DNA of 64,000 nucleotides, taken from positions 930,001 through 994,000 of the forward strand of contig JBDOQK010000003.1 of assembly GCA_040437565.1 (NCBI GenBank), read 5' to 3'. Both the position numbers and the translations under genes were made by a program. Source of the DNA: Albugo candida. Lineage: Eukaryota. Of the stretch, positions 32,743 to 45,107 are shown in pieces. The notes beneath the pieces were generated by a model. That model searched no databases. It was not told where the DNA came from and saw only the letters and a list, made by a program, of their open reading frames with translations. How positions within the stretch are numbered: position 1 is the stretch's first letter; the number at the start of each line of letters is the position of its first letter.

Positions 32743-35700
32743 AAAGCATACATCAGATGGACTCAGTCAGACCGCATAATCTGCAAGATGAATAAATTTA
32801 CTTTTTTCGCTAAGCTTCCGCTAGTTGCCAGTCTTTCGCTATTTCTCAAACATTTAGCACAAGTGTTCGTGGTCAGTGCTAGAGTATCANNNNNNNNNNN
32901 NNNNNNNNNNNNNNNNNNNNNNNNNNNNNNNNNNNNNNNNNNNNNNNNNNNNNNNNNNNNNNNNNNNNNNNNNNNNNNNNNNNNNNNNNATTTTCATGCT
33001 ACCATCAGAGAGGACTTCACTGATCACATACTTTGGGCTTCAATTGCAGGGCATACACAACGAAGACCGCTACAATTGAAGCCCCAGGAGAGTTTCGGTG
33101 CTATGCGCCTTAAACTAAACCCCAATTCTATCAAAATACTTATATCCCTAACTTGCTGTTTGACCTGCTATGTCTCGCTTGGTCATATGTAATGATCCGA
33201 CTTTTTAGCTCACGGTCTACCTAATTAGACTCCTTCAAGAAATGAATGCTTCAATTGTTCATCATCCGAGCGTGTGCGATCACTGCCATTCTCTTGTGAG
33301 GTAAGAAATACCCTAGACTGACAGCAATCTTGAATAGATTGGTATTGTGCATGTCCACGTACCATGCGATCTAAATAACGTGCTGGTGAAGCCCTATATC
33401 TTGATTCTCGAAGTTTGGCATTATGCATTGTGCATTGCCTTCATACTATCATGTGTGTTTTATACGATATATTTCATTCTGGTACCAGTATTTGTTCTGC
33501 TGGTCTCGAACTACAACAGCGCCGTTATTAAATGGTAAAGGATCAGAATAAGCATAATGCATTCATACCGCTGTACAAGATACAGCTTGCGTGACACTGT
33601 GTAACATACTATTACCTTTACGTCATGCAAGCTACATCGGGTAACTCATAAAATCTTCAAGTTTCTGCGCAATGGCATTCCTGCTAGCCATTGAGTGTAA
33701 TGGACAAAATGCACGATTTACTTGAAACGCACACAAGATGCATCAGTCACAAGAGCAGCAACATTATTCCGAAGAAATATTCTGGAGTCAACGATGCTTC
33801 TAACACCGTGGCTATTGCCGTGTATTTTTCCAGAGTATACATCATGTTTTTGTGTCTGCGTCTTTATCAGACAACGTGATATCTCTGAGCTGAAAGCTTT
33901 CTGGCTGGTACCTAATTAGTCATTAGTTTGCAACAATGCGGTTGTTGCAAAGAAAAAAGAAGCAAGTCCACTCTTGACAATCGTCTTCAATCGAAGTTGG
34001 AGTAAAAAACTTGCTTTTTTGCGACCGCTAATGGCTACGTGAAAAGTCATTGAAACGGACAAAAGTGTCCTGGGTGCAACTTTTTCATTACGTCCACAAT
34101 CTGGCCTTCGCAGCTGATGCATGAACCTTGACATAGGTATTTCAGACGCTGAGAGTGGCGCTGACTGACTTTGTGAATGGCGTAATCGTGCAAGTTTGGT
34201 ATGGTTGTAAACAATTCGATCTGAATTAACGCACACTGAAGACATACGTTTCGCCTCCGAGTTATGGCTCCGAGCATATCTCGAATTTGTGACTTGAAAG
34301 TTGCCTTGTGATCAAGAAATGAGAGAAAGAAGTGAATAGTGGCAGCCTTCACGTCCGAATATGTTTATGATATCCTGTACGTATCATCGTGAGAAAGAAG
34401 TATAGGTGCGCTACTGGAGACAAAACGAGAGGATGTACCCGGAGGTTGCGGAGACGTGAAGGACAAGCGACCAAAACAGGTGACCGTTGCACATTCTCGC
34501 AATACCTTATTCTTCTTATAAGATAAGGCTTGATTCCAAGAAGGTATTTACGCTTTATTAGACATATGCATTTTTTTACATGAGGCATTGTTGTCTTCCC
34601 AGTTCTCTTGCCATCTTACGGGAATCTCCATTCTTTCCGCGAAATTGTTTAATGCAAAGCGCGGTACATTTCGGTTCATCGAACTGGATTGGTTATAAAT
34701 AACTGATTTGAAAGGCAAACGAATTCAATGGAAGCTGCTCTTGCAGCAGCAATGCAAGCACCACAGTGTCGGGACGAGAAGTCAGCAGAAGATGAGACGA
34801 AGCTTTACGGAACCCACTCGAAGGAAGTGAAGCTTTACATAATTTGCAAGCGCCAAAAGATACCCAAATTCAGAATCGATTCGGAATCGTTATAATACAA
34901 ACGATCAAGAATGACGAATCAAAACACCGTAGAAAAGTACAGTCGCCAGTGGATTATTGCAACCACCTTTTAGGACACGCGAAGTTAGAAAGCAAGAAAT
35001 ATAGCTGGTAGAAGTAAAGCCAAAGTATCACATACGAAGAAAGCCTACATCAGCTGAAATCAAAAAGTCAAAGCAGCTATTGTGCAGTAATAGCTAAGCA
35101 AGCAAGAAAAGTGTGTTATGCACACAAAATGTGGAAGCAGACTTGTCAAGATCATATCGAAGGTCATAATGGCTTTTGACATGCAGAAAAAACGAAGGAA
35201 CAGAAAATGTGTCACGGGAGCTAATGTTGAGGGCTCATGTTGAGGGCTCATGTTGAGGGTTCATTGAACAAGCCAAGTGAAATCGACCCGGCAACTATAG
35301 CATTGAATAATTGTAAACTTGGCAAGATCGGAACGTTGAAAGCCACGATCAAGATCAAGGCATTTTTGACTATGAAATAGCACCAGTAGGAATGGAGAAA
35401 GCTCTGTATCAAGTTGACGGCAATGATTATAGTCCATGATATAACAAGTTGAAAGATGAAAGGCAAGTATTCACAATTATATTTTGCTTGGTTCGTTATT
35501 TGTCGACTTGTCTGGTGAGAGAGATGGGCTTCATCATTGTCCCAAACGGGTGAAATCAATTCTTCAGAAAGGCTAGACCTCAAAATTANNNNNNNNNNNN
35601 NNNNNNNNNNNNNNNNNNNNNNNNNNNNNNNNNNNNNNNNNNNNNNNNNNNNNNNNNNNNNNNNNNNNNNNNNNNNNNNNNNNNNNNNTTATAGTCCATG

Positions 35701-36740
35701 ATATAACAAGTTGAAAGATGAAAGGCAAGTATTCACAATTATATTTTGCTTGGTTCGTTATTTGTCGACTTGTCTGGTGAGAGAGATGGGCTTCATCATT
35801 GTCCCAAACGGGTGAAATCAATTCTTCAGAAAGGCTAGACCTCAAAATTATTCGTAAACCTGACATATTTAGCAGTCTGGTTCATGGTCTCAAAAATCTG
35901 CACATGTGTCTGAACAAAACTATCAGTTCTAACGAACTCATGTTGTTAAGATGTCAGATCTCGCGCTTCAATCTCTTCGAACAATGGTCTGATACCCTGG
36001 AGAGTGAAAGAACTGCAAACCGACCGAGCTTTCTGACCAAACTGCATCATCAACTTACTGTTACAAATGATGGCAAGCATTTCCCACGGATGTGATTGGT
36101 GTGTTCTGCGAAGCGTATGTAATTCTTGGTCAGTCGACCGATTGTTTTCCGGGATCTATTTGAAGATTGCGGACTAGTGGAAATGATTGGGTCCGCACTT
36201 CATTCTGTCATAAAGAAAAGAAGAACTCGCTCTATAGCTCTGCTACGAACGACGTCAGACTTGCCTGAAGGTTGTGACAAAACCTTACTACTGTTTCTGC
36301 CTGCTGGCATCAAAATCTGAATTGAAAATTCGACCAGAATGCTGTCAAGTATGGCTATCACAAAGGCTCGATTGTTTACGATGAAGATGGCAGGATTGAC
36401 ACGGACTGCAGTGGCACATAAATGGAAGTCATGAATACAAGTCAAACTCTGCAATAACGAGTTGAGTGTAATCTGGACGAGAAAAAGCAGCCACCGGTCA
36501 TCAACGGATTGCTATTGCAATGTATGAAATAGAACAAGGCGAATACACGTCCATAGATATACGTGACGAGGATTGATTGTTTAATTTGCTCTACTGACTC
36601 GAATTTGTATACATTTAAGTCACGTGAATAATTCGCTGTTGATCGCCGATTTGATTAGAGACAAATTAAGTGTGTTGTTAACGACACTTACGATCATTAT
36701 CAAAGTACGTTTACAGAGTGCATGTACAACAGTTATATCA

Positions 36741-37644
36741 ATGGACGTCACCATCAATGAAGATGTATTGGAGAAGCATCTCAAAGACATTCTTCCAACG
36801 GTAGATGCCAGCACTGTTACCATCAAAACAATTAGCGAGATGATTCGCAAGCGATTGGATACATCGCAAGAGGATTTAGTCGCATGGAAACCAGCATTAA
36901 AAGCCCTTATTCCCAAAATGCTGGATTGGTGCCAAAACCAATCAAATACGCAACCCGACGAAATCGATGACAAAGTCATCAACGATTCGTATCCAGAAAG
37001 TGATGAAGCATTAGAGAGCCAAAGTGACTACAGCGGATCCGAGGTCGATCGTAAGCAGGTAATGGACTTGATCAGGATTCTATAGCGAGTACACACACAA
37101 TAAAATGTAGACCGAGAAGAAACGAAAGGCAAAGAGTGAAACGAATCGGTCGAGAAAAGCGAATCCAATTAAAAAGACTCGTATCAACCAGTCTCGCAAC
37201 TCTGATGGATTCCAAGCTCTAAAAGAATTAGCTCGAGTTGCTGGCGTGCTCAAGTAAACCCATACTTTTACCTCAGTGAGATCATCATGACTAAAGTGTG
37301 TTGCTTCAAGTCCGGCGATATATCGAAAGCTGAAAAGCGTTACTAATGAGAAGGAGGCAGAGGATCTAGTGCGAGATCGGCTCAAGCAAAGCGGGATCAG
37401 CTTTCTAGGCGACAAGTATCCCTCTAAACTCGACATTGCAAACGCAAAGAAAAAGAAAGATGCGCAAAGAGAATTGGAAGGAATCGACACAAATCTTATT
37501 GTTCATGAAGGTCGTAGGCGCTGCACAAGTCAGAAGATGTACCCTATAGAAACATCTGATACTAGCGATGCTGAAGAAGAGGATGATGATGCACATCAGA
37601 GCGAGTCATCCTCAGAAGCCTCTTTCCAGCCAGATGATGAGTGA
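36741..37644 (+). CDS. HIRIP3-like histone chaperone (DEK_C-like N-terminus, acidic linker, CHZ-like C-terminus), three exons
   Basis: LKDILPTVDASTVTIKTISEMIRKRL (DEK_C-like) and KYPSKLDIANAKKKKDAQRELEGIDTNLIVHEGRRR (CHZ-like). Introns 37059-37110 and 37254-37310 keep the frame. Confidence 0.8.
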
Positions 37645-37719
37645 ATAATCAACGAATGTATTTTCGTACATCTTCCTCCAATTTTGGGCTACTAGTCATG
37701 AAAATGTGGTCTGGATTCC

Positions 37720-38518
37720 AATGTACGATGCCAAGTACTTGGCTATCACTGTAACAGATGCGAGATCGTATGTGCATACCATCCTAAATGCATATTGCAG
37801 CCCCATTCGTGCAATCTCATTGCATCAAACATTTGATAACAAAGCGGAGGTAAGTGTCCAACAAGGCAATCGTCGAGCGGATAGTCTTGGTGCTCACCTA
37901 TTGACATTATACGATTGACGTCTTGACGCGATTGATGAGAGAAAAATCTATGAGTTTATAGAAATTATTGAGAACGCAAAGAGAGAATAAAAGATGATAC
38001 CTTTCTTCCCAATGTAGCAGCGATCTCCGTAGAAGGACACTTATCAGTNNNNNNNNNNNNNNNNNNNNNNNNNNNNNNNNNNNNNNNNNNNNNNNNNNNN
38101 NNNNNNNNNNNNNNNNNNNNNNNNNNNNNNNNNNNNNNNNNNNNNNNNAGGAGCTGAAGGCTCAGATCGTTCAGGTAAGACGGGTGCTCTCCCGTGTTGA
38201 ATATTGGAGTGTGATTGATTGTGCGTAGAGTATCCGGGCGTTAAAGGCGGAAGAAGATGCTGAACTGTCTAAATTGGAAGATGAAGTATTTGAAAAGAAA
38301 GCACGACTTGCATCGCTTCAGGAGCGTGTATGCACAAAAGAGGCTTTACTTACAAAGAGGCAAGCGTCTGGGACGAAGGAAGACTGTGTCGTGCAGTAAA
38401 CGCCACTATGGATGTGATTATGGGAAAATCCGATACGGCCAACAACAATCAGTGCGTTATGAGAGAAACGGCATCGAATGATGCGCCAACCATTGAACGA
38501 TTCCTATGGACGCAATGA
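37720..38518 (+). CDS. Hypothetical multi-exon coiled-coil protein (partial, gap inside)
   Basis: Spliceable exons ELKAQIVQ|SIRALKAEEDAELSKLEDEVFEKKARLASLQE with GTAAG donors. Confidence 0.4.
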
Positions 38519-38661
38519 TACGAATTGAAGTAATGGTTCCCTACAATTTGGCACAAGAACGNNNNNNNNNNNNNNNNNNNNNNNNNNNNNNNNNNNNNNN
38601 NNNNNNNNNNNNNNNNNNNNNNNNNNNNNNNNNNNNNNNNNNNNNNNNNNNNNNNNNNNNN

Positions 38662-39675
38662 GGCGATCGCTAGCGATGGTCTCACAGAAGAAACTCACAT
38701 CATTTCGATCAAATTGCTGACGAATGGTGTTCGGAGATTTGGTCTTCATAGTGGTCTACAAGTGCCTATTTGTATCTGCGTTACTGATCTGTTCAGAGTG
38801 CGTCATGCATCAGTGCCTATGCATCCTTTCAATGTTTTGTTTGCTGTATACTTTTGGGTCATTTTTTGCTGCGTATACACAAATGCAATGCTTCTTTGTA
38901 GTTGGATATTCCCCAAGTGAGTAATTCAATTTTATCCCTTTTTTCGATAGATTTCCGCCCCGCGCGGTCCGCTTTCTTTCTGTGGCATCGAAATCACTGT
39001 CATAATCTGTATACTATACGCTTGCACATTGTATCATACAGTATGTCATTTACAGATGTGAATGCAGGCTACAAACTCCTGCAGGTTCGCCAAATTGGAT
39101 GCAATATATACGTTTTAGAGCTCGATACATGGAACTGTGACATGAGAGTGAAGATATATCCACAATTGCAGGCCGTCCAATCCCATGTCATGAATGCAGA
39201 CACCGTAAAGACATTAACATGCGATTATGATACTTTCTGTGAGCTTGAAATACCGAGGACGAGTGTATCTGCGTGCGCATACAACTGTGGTTGTAGCTGA
39301 CAAGACCAGTAGATACATGATAGATATACGGCCAATGCACACGGGCCAGTAAGATTTCCAATTTGCATCCAGATGAGGCTCATTTTCATCACAAGCCTGA
39401 ATCATGAATACCATGATTCTCGCGTTAATTAACGTATTCTTATCCATCCGCATCTGTTCATCCAATTGCTTGGTGAAAAGTCTGATGACACCTTTTCGTA
39501 CGTGATCCATCAAATCCCCAGACACGGGCTCGACAGCTATCTACATGACACCAACTTGCCGCCTAAAGCATACGCACTCGATCCTGAGAGATCTGAATAC
39601 ATAATGTATACAAGGCTTGCCTCTGTTGTCTGAAAGTTTCCATCCTCACCATGCATGCTCCAATTCTGCCCATCC
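38662..39675 (-). CDS. Hypothetical multi-exon protein, divergent from AASS
   Basis: Open coding-like exons (IAVEPVSGDLMDHVRKGVIRLF...WKSYWP; ELNYSLGEYPTTKKHCICVYAAK). Family not recognised. Confidence 0.35.
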
Positions 39676-39806
39676 ATAGAAGGATTCTATGAAGCTATAC
39701 ACTCTATCCTGTAGTCGTATAATATCCTACAAGCACCTCTATAAAAACATATAAAACTTCAACAAGCCGCCACTTCACTTTTTTTTTACCAACTAAAAGT
39801 AACTCA

Positions 39807-42800
39807 ATGTCGCAAGCGACTTTGAAATCAAGAAATGTCATCGGCATTCTACGAGAAGTGCATAGTATTTGGGAGCGTCGCGTGCCACTGACACCGTTCC
39901 ATGTGAGTAAATTAGTGGCAACAGGAGTCAAAGTTGTTATTCAGCCCTCCGCACTTCGAATTTTTACAAATGAGCAATATGAAAAGGCAGGCGCCACCAT
40001 AACAGAGAACTTGGAGTTGGCGGATGTCATTCTTGGCGTCAAGCAAGTTTCCTGCTCAAATTTACTTTCAAAAAAGACGTATATGTTTTTCAGTCACACA
40101 ATTAAAGGACAGACCGAAAATATGGCGCTTTTGGATGCAATTCGTTCCAAGAATATCACATTGTTTGACTATGAGTGCATTACGGAAAATGGAAAGCTCA
40201 ACGGAAAACGTTTGATCGCTTTCGGAGAGAATGCAGGGCAGGCAGGGATGATTGCAGGACTTCGAGGTCTTGGAGAACGCCTCATTCATTTGGGATACTC
40301 GACACCATTTGTAAATATTGGCTCCGCGTACATGTACTGTAGCTTGGAAAGTGCCAAGAAAGCAGTCGAAACTGCAGGGAATAAGATCAAAGTCGAAGGA
40401 ATACCCCGTGAATTGGCACCACTCAGCTTTGTTTTCACTGGAGAGGGGAATGTATCGCGAGGGGCTCAGGAGATCTTTAGACTGATGCCGCATCAAATGG
40501 TGAATCCGTCAGAATTGCCTCATCTACCACCCAACCCACATATTTTGTATGGCACAGTTGCTACAAGCGAATTTCTAGCTGTACCAAAGGACCCTAACGC
40601 ACGTGCTTCCCATTCCAAGCGAGATTATTACGCACATCCTGATCAGTATGAAGGCGTCTTTCATGATCGTATCGCTCCTTACACAAGCATGATTATAAAT
40701 GAGATGTACTGGGATGATCGATTTCCAAGATTGATGACCAAGCAGCAATTGCAACAAATGTATGATGGAGGAAATCGCAAGCTTGTAGGCATTGCTGATA
40801 TCACTTGTGATATAGGTGGTGGTATTGAATGGACAGAGTATGCGACCAAAATTGAAAAACCATTTGCGATGTATGATATTACGAATGGTCGAATGCGAGA
40901 TGGTCTAGACGGTGATGGAGTGATGATGATGACAGTTGATCACTTGCCCAGTGAGCTTGCTATAGAATCGAGTCAGCACTTTGGTGAAAAGCTGATGCCA
41001 TTTTTGCAAACTCTGACATCTGTACCACTTCCAATTCAAGTTGCGGACCTACCAACATCATTGAAGGGAGCCTGCATCGTCAGCAATGGTGCATTAGCTC
41101 CTGCATATGAGTACATTGATCGCCTGAGGGCGGATAAAAGTCGACGTAGCTCTGGACAGCTGCCACTGGAAGCTGATCAGAGTACTAGCTGTTGTATCCG
41201 TTTAGAAGGGCACTTGTTTGATACTGGATTGATCAACAAGATCTTGGACTTGGTCGAGTCTGAGCATGGAGACTCTCACTTGTTTGACTGTAAAATTCGT
41301 CCGAGCAACTACGATGCAGCACAAAGTAGCATTTCAAGTGCTATATGGAGGGTGACTACAGAGAACAAAGGTCAATTGGAATCCATCAAGCACAACATAT
41401 CCAATCTTTGCTCATCTATTGAAGAAGCCAACGCTTCCATGACCGAGTTGAATGAATGTTCTGTTTCTCAACTCCAAACACAAAAACAGACTCTTTGTAC
41501 ACTTCCCGCAAAGCAGAAAAGATCCGTGTTGTGTCTTGGTAGTGGTCTTGTTGCAGCTCCATTAGTCGAATATCTCTCACGCGAGGATCATCAACACGTG
41601 ACAATAGTTTCTGGTGTACTTGGAGAAGCCGAACGCACCAAGAACAGATTCTCACGTCCAAATATACACGCTATCCATCTGGATGTATTGGCGAAGGAAG
41701 CTGAATTGCAGCGTTTGATCAATGACGCTGATTGCGTCGTGTCGCTCTTACCTGCATCGATGCATGTCCAAATAGCTAATCTCTGCATATCTTCTCGAGT
41801 TCCAATGGTTACCGCAAGTTATGTGTCTCCTGATATGAAAATGTTGGATTCAAAAGCTCGAGAAGCCAAGATACCAATTCTCTGTGAGCTCGGACTTGAT
41901 CCTGGAATGGATCATATGAGTGCCGTAAAAGTTATCGACGAGGTAAAAGCTTTGGGAGGTACCGTTGTATCATTCTCTTCCGTATGTGGTGGCCTTCCTT
42001 CTCCGGAGGCTGCGGACAATCCCATCGGGTATAAATTCAGCTGGAGTCCTCGAGGTGTGTTGACGGCAGCACTCAATTCTGCTCGATATCGGAAGAACGG
42101 TGAGATTGTAAATGTGGAAGGAAAGCATTTGCTGAAGATGAGTGAGCCTATTCGTTTTCTACCAGCATTGGCGCTTGAGCAGATTCCTAATCGAGATTCT
42201 CTTATATATGGTGATCTATACGGTATTCCTCACGCTGAAACTCTTTTCAGGGGAACACTGCGTTACAATGGCTGTTGTCGCGTTTTGGATCAATTGAAAC
42301 ATTTCGGACTTTTTGACATCGACAACACTTTCCAGTCTTTGCCGTTTTCAACTTGGCCGGAGCTACTTCACCATCTGGAAACGACAAATAGGATTGAATT
42401 GGATGATGATGCAGCCGCTTTTATCAATTGGCTGGGCATGTGCGATGAGAAGACTCAATTTGAGCGAGGTTCCTCTACACTCGACACGTTTTGCTCCTTA
42501 CTCCAAAAGAAACTTTCATACGAACCAGGTGAGCGAGATATGGCATTGATGCATCACGAGTTCGGCATCCAGTATCGGAATGGAAGAAAGGAGAAGAGGA
42601 CGTCCACTTTTGTTGGTTACGGATCTGAAAATGGTGACACAATCATGGCCAAAACTGTTGGTATTACTGCTGCTATTGGTGCCCAGCTGATTCTGGAGAA
42701 GGTTGTGCTTAGTCGTGGTGTGCTGATTCCGACGACAAGAGAGATTTATGAGCCCGCACTCGATAGATTGAAGGCGGAAGGTATTGGTTTTAAAGAAAGG

Positions 42801-42818
42801 ATAGTAGCGCAACCGTGA
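39807..42818 (+). CDS. AASS: Bifunctional lysine-ketoglutarate reductase/saccharopine dehydrogenase (alpha-aminoadipic semialdehyde synthase)
   Basis: 1003-aa intronless ORF. LKR domain (WERRVPLTP, FFSHTIKGQ, DITCDIGG, VDHLPSEL), linker LEGHLFDTGLINKILD, and SDH domain (LGSGLVA, ELGLDPGMDH, YKFSWSPRG, RGTLRY, MAKTVG). Confidence 0.97.
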   Translation: MSQATLKSRNVIGILREVHSIWERRVPLTPFHVSKLVATGVKVVIQPSALRIFTNEQYEKAGATITENLELADVILGVKQVSCSNLLSKKTYMFFSHTIKGQTENMALLDAIRSKNITLFDYECITENGKLNGKRLIAFGENAGQAGMIAGLRGLGERLIHLGYSTPFVNIGSAYMYCSLESAKKAVETAGNKIKVEGIPRELAPLSFVFTGEGNVSRGAQEIFRLMPHQMVNPSELPHLPPNPHILYGTVATSEFLAVPKDPNARASHSKRDYYAHPDQYEGVFHDRIAPYTSMIINEMYWDDRFPRLMTKQQLQQMYDGGNRKLVGIADITCDIGGGIEWTEYATKIEKPFAMYDITNGRMRDGLDGDGVMMMTVDHLPSELAIESSQHFGEKLMPFLQTLTSVPLPIQVADLPTSLKGACIVSNGALAPAYEYIDRLRADKSRRSSGQLPLEADQSTSCCIRLEGHLFDTGLINKILDLVESEHGDSHLFDCKIRPSNYDAAQSSISSAIWRVTTENKGQLESIKHNISNLCSSIEEANASMTELNECSVSQLQTQKQTLCTLPAKQKRSVLCLGSGLVAAPLVEYLSREDHQHVTIVSGVLGEAERTKNRFSRPNIHAIHLDVLAKEAELQRLINDADCVVSLLPASMHVQIANLCISSRVPMVTASYVSPDMKMLDSKAREAKIPILCELGLDPGMDHMSAVKVIDEVKALGGTVVSFSSVCGGLPSPEAADNPIGYKFSWSPRGVLTAALNSARYRKNGEIVNVEGKHLLKMSEPIRFLPALALEQIPNRDSLIYGDLYGIPHAETLFRGTLRYNGCCRVLDQLKHFGLFDIDNTFQSLPFSTWPELLHHLETTNRIELDDDAAAFINWLGMCDEKTQFERGSSTLDTFCSLLQKKLSYEPGERDMALMHHEFGIQYRNGRKEKRTSTFVGYGSENGDTIMAKTVGITAAIGAQLILEKVVLSRGVLIPTTREIYEPALDRLKAEGIGFKERIVAQP

Positions 42819-44914
42819 TAGAATATCACCCGTATCTCGAGAGATCATACGCCGTATCGGAGTTTTATTATTGAGATCATGTGGAAGAAGGACAGTGGCC
42901 CACATGTCTCCTCGATAGCTCTCCAAAGAGATTTGTGCTGTTATGATCTATACTTATTTTCTGCCTCTTTTGTATCGTGCTGGCTGCAAATCTCTCAATG
43001 ATCGAATTATTGTTCATCAGAGCAATTAATATCACCTATAAGCTCACACATTCCTATCACTAATCAAACGCACCCAACATCTGGTAAATCGTCGATGCTA
43101 TGCAGGTTCGGGGGTTAGACGTGGAATAATTAGGAGAAGAAATGTCACAAGTAGTTGATAGCTCTCTCCTTTCAATACTCAAACGCTTTTCAAATTATTA
43201 CTCCTGCATTCTGTACAATTATACCGAGTATCGTGATGAATTTTGGCAATTTAGGCATGGTTGTATTAATGCCCTTCTAATTGGTATTCACTGCATTTGC
43301 GCCTCCTTCCATTTCCTACCGTGCTTCCGATGGTCTGTTATCCTTTGAGAATTACGTCGGATGTTCTCGAGCGGCATTACACGTTTATGTCGTAGCACAA
43401 GGTATCTGACTAAACAATCGTCATTAATGTCCACCAAATTGCCCGAGAGCTGTAGTGGTGTGCAGGAAAGACTGCGCGTTGCTGGGTCGCTTTGTAAGTA
43501 AGCGATAAACACGCGTCATTTCTTGCTACTCTTATAATGATGCTGGCTCTACTTTTTTATGAAGCAGCGGGAGTAGTAGAAAAATTCTCACATGAACCTG
43601 GCAGAGCCGCGATCATGTGCGAGCACGGTAAATCGCCATTATGTATACGGACATTCGTGGTCTAAAGATCCTATGTAGCTTTGTTCGATTGGTAAGAACA
43701 AAGTGAATAGAATACCTCAAAACGGAAAAACTGAACAATTGTTGCAAACAAAATAAGGCATTTACCTGATCACTACGCACAAAAGTCATTTGGCATTTGA
43801 ATAGAATCATCAAATTGACCAAAAGCAAAGCTATAACCGACTTCCTCTTATAAGCAACCATGCTGTATCAAGTGTTTAAAATCCGTTCGATATCTCCTTT
43901 CAAGTATTTTTCTATTTACAATCTTTGGTTTGCCAATGGGTAATGCGCTGCACAACGTGTGTGTTCCAGTCTGAAAATCTTTTCTATGTGGTACCTCTTC
44001 AAAAATTCTTCAGGGACATTTTTATTGATATGCGAAGCAAAAACCAAATCGGTGGCACACGAAATACTATGCCAATTCTTTTTGACAAAGCCGAAATGCG
44101 TTCTATCACAATAAGAGCGGGATCCCATATGTCCTCCCCAAATCATCAGACTATACTCGATGGAGTATTGAAGCAAATCCGGCGCATGCCATCATTACGA
44201 CCAAGCCCCAGACACGATACACGATTACAGAGCTATGAGTCATGTAGACGATATACTGGTTTAGCCGTAAAAGTATTGTAAGACTCGATTTCGGTGCACA
44301 AAAAGCTTCTGTAGCCTTCTTTTCATAATTCTTGGATCCATGAGATTTTTCTTAGAATGAGAATATATTAGTCAGCGAGTTGATACCGAAAAAATGGGCC
44401 TGAGTAAAATTTGTCCGTTCCCACTCTTATTAGCCGAAAAATAATGACTCCATAAAATGTCTTAGTCTTAGGTGGAAGTCGTCAATGGTCAATGGGATGC
44501 ACATGTACAGATATCATCACGCAGTAAATAATCAATCTGAATGTACTAATACGCCAACCAAAACGACTGGACGTTGGATATCAGAGCGTTAAAATGTGCA
44601 GAAGGATTGATTATTCATATGAGTTGTGCAACAGATTGCACATTTATCTAGGGGAGGAAGTGATTAGCACCATTTCCCAAAACCTCATTATGGAAGCCTT
44701 TTTTCACGATTATGCAGCGGATGATGTAACGAGAAGGAGCTTCTCCGACACATTAATCTTTTTGTTGGAATGATCGACTACGGAAGTAGATTGTGTAGAA
44801 GCATTATAGGTAGCCCAAATTTGATCGGTTCGTGGGATTCAGAGACTTGAAGGTTATAATTAATCTCGTAATGGATATTCAGGCGGCTACTGAGCAGTTT
44901 CATAATGCAGCCGC

Positions 44915-45107
44915 TGTTAGAAACCGTACAAAAGATAACACACAGATTTGTTGTTTAAAAGGTATATTGAGAACTCTCTAGCAACCTATCTTACGTTCTC
45001 TTTCGACCTTTTACTGTCTACGTCTTCACAGGACCGTGATCTTCCATTAGTGAAGATCTTCAACTTACCGTCGCTGTATTCAGTAGATGTAGTTGCGGTT
45101 TCCAACA
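44915..45107 (-). repeat. Complete 3' LTR (193 bp) with adjacent polypurine tract
   Basis: Termini TGTTAGAAACCG...CGGTTTCCAACA. Minus-strand PPT GGAGGAGGGCG immediately precedes it (45108-45118). Confidence 0.9.

Noticed and set aside
35248..36454. Possible minus-strand membrane-protein gene
   Set aside because: There is a hydrophobic C-terminal ORF, but I could not build a consistent exon chain or assign a family.
40024..42926. Overlapping and antisense ORFs within AASS (and similarly within DHX37)
   Set aside because: Shadow ORFs expected inside long coding sequences; no independent evidence.
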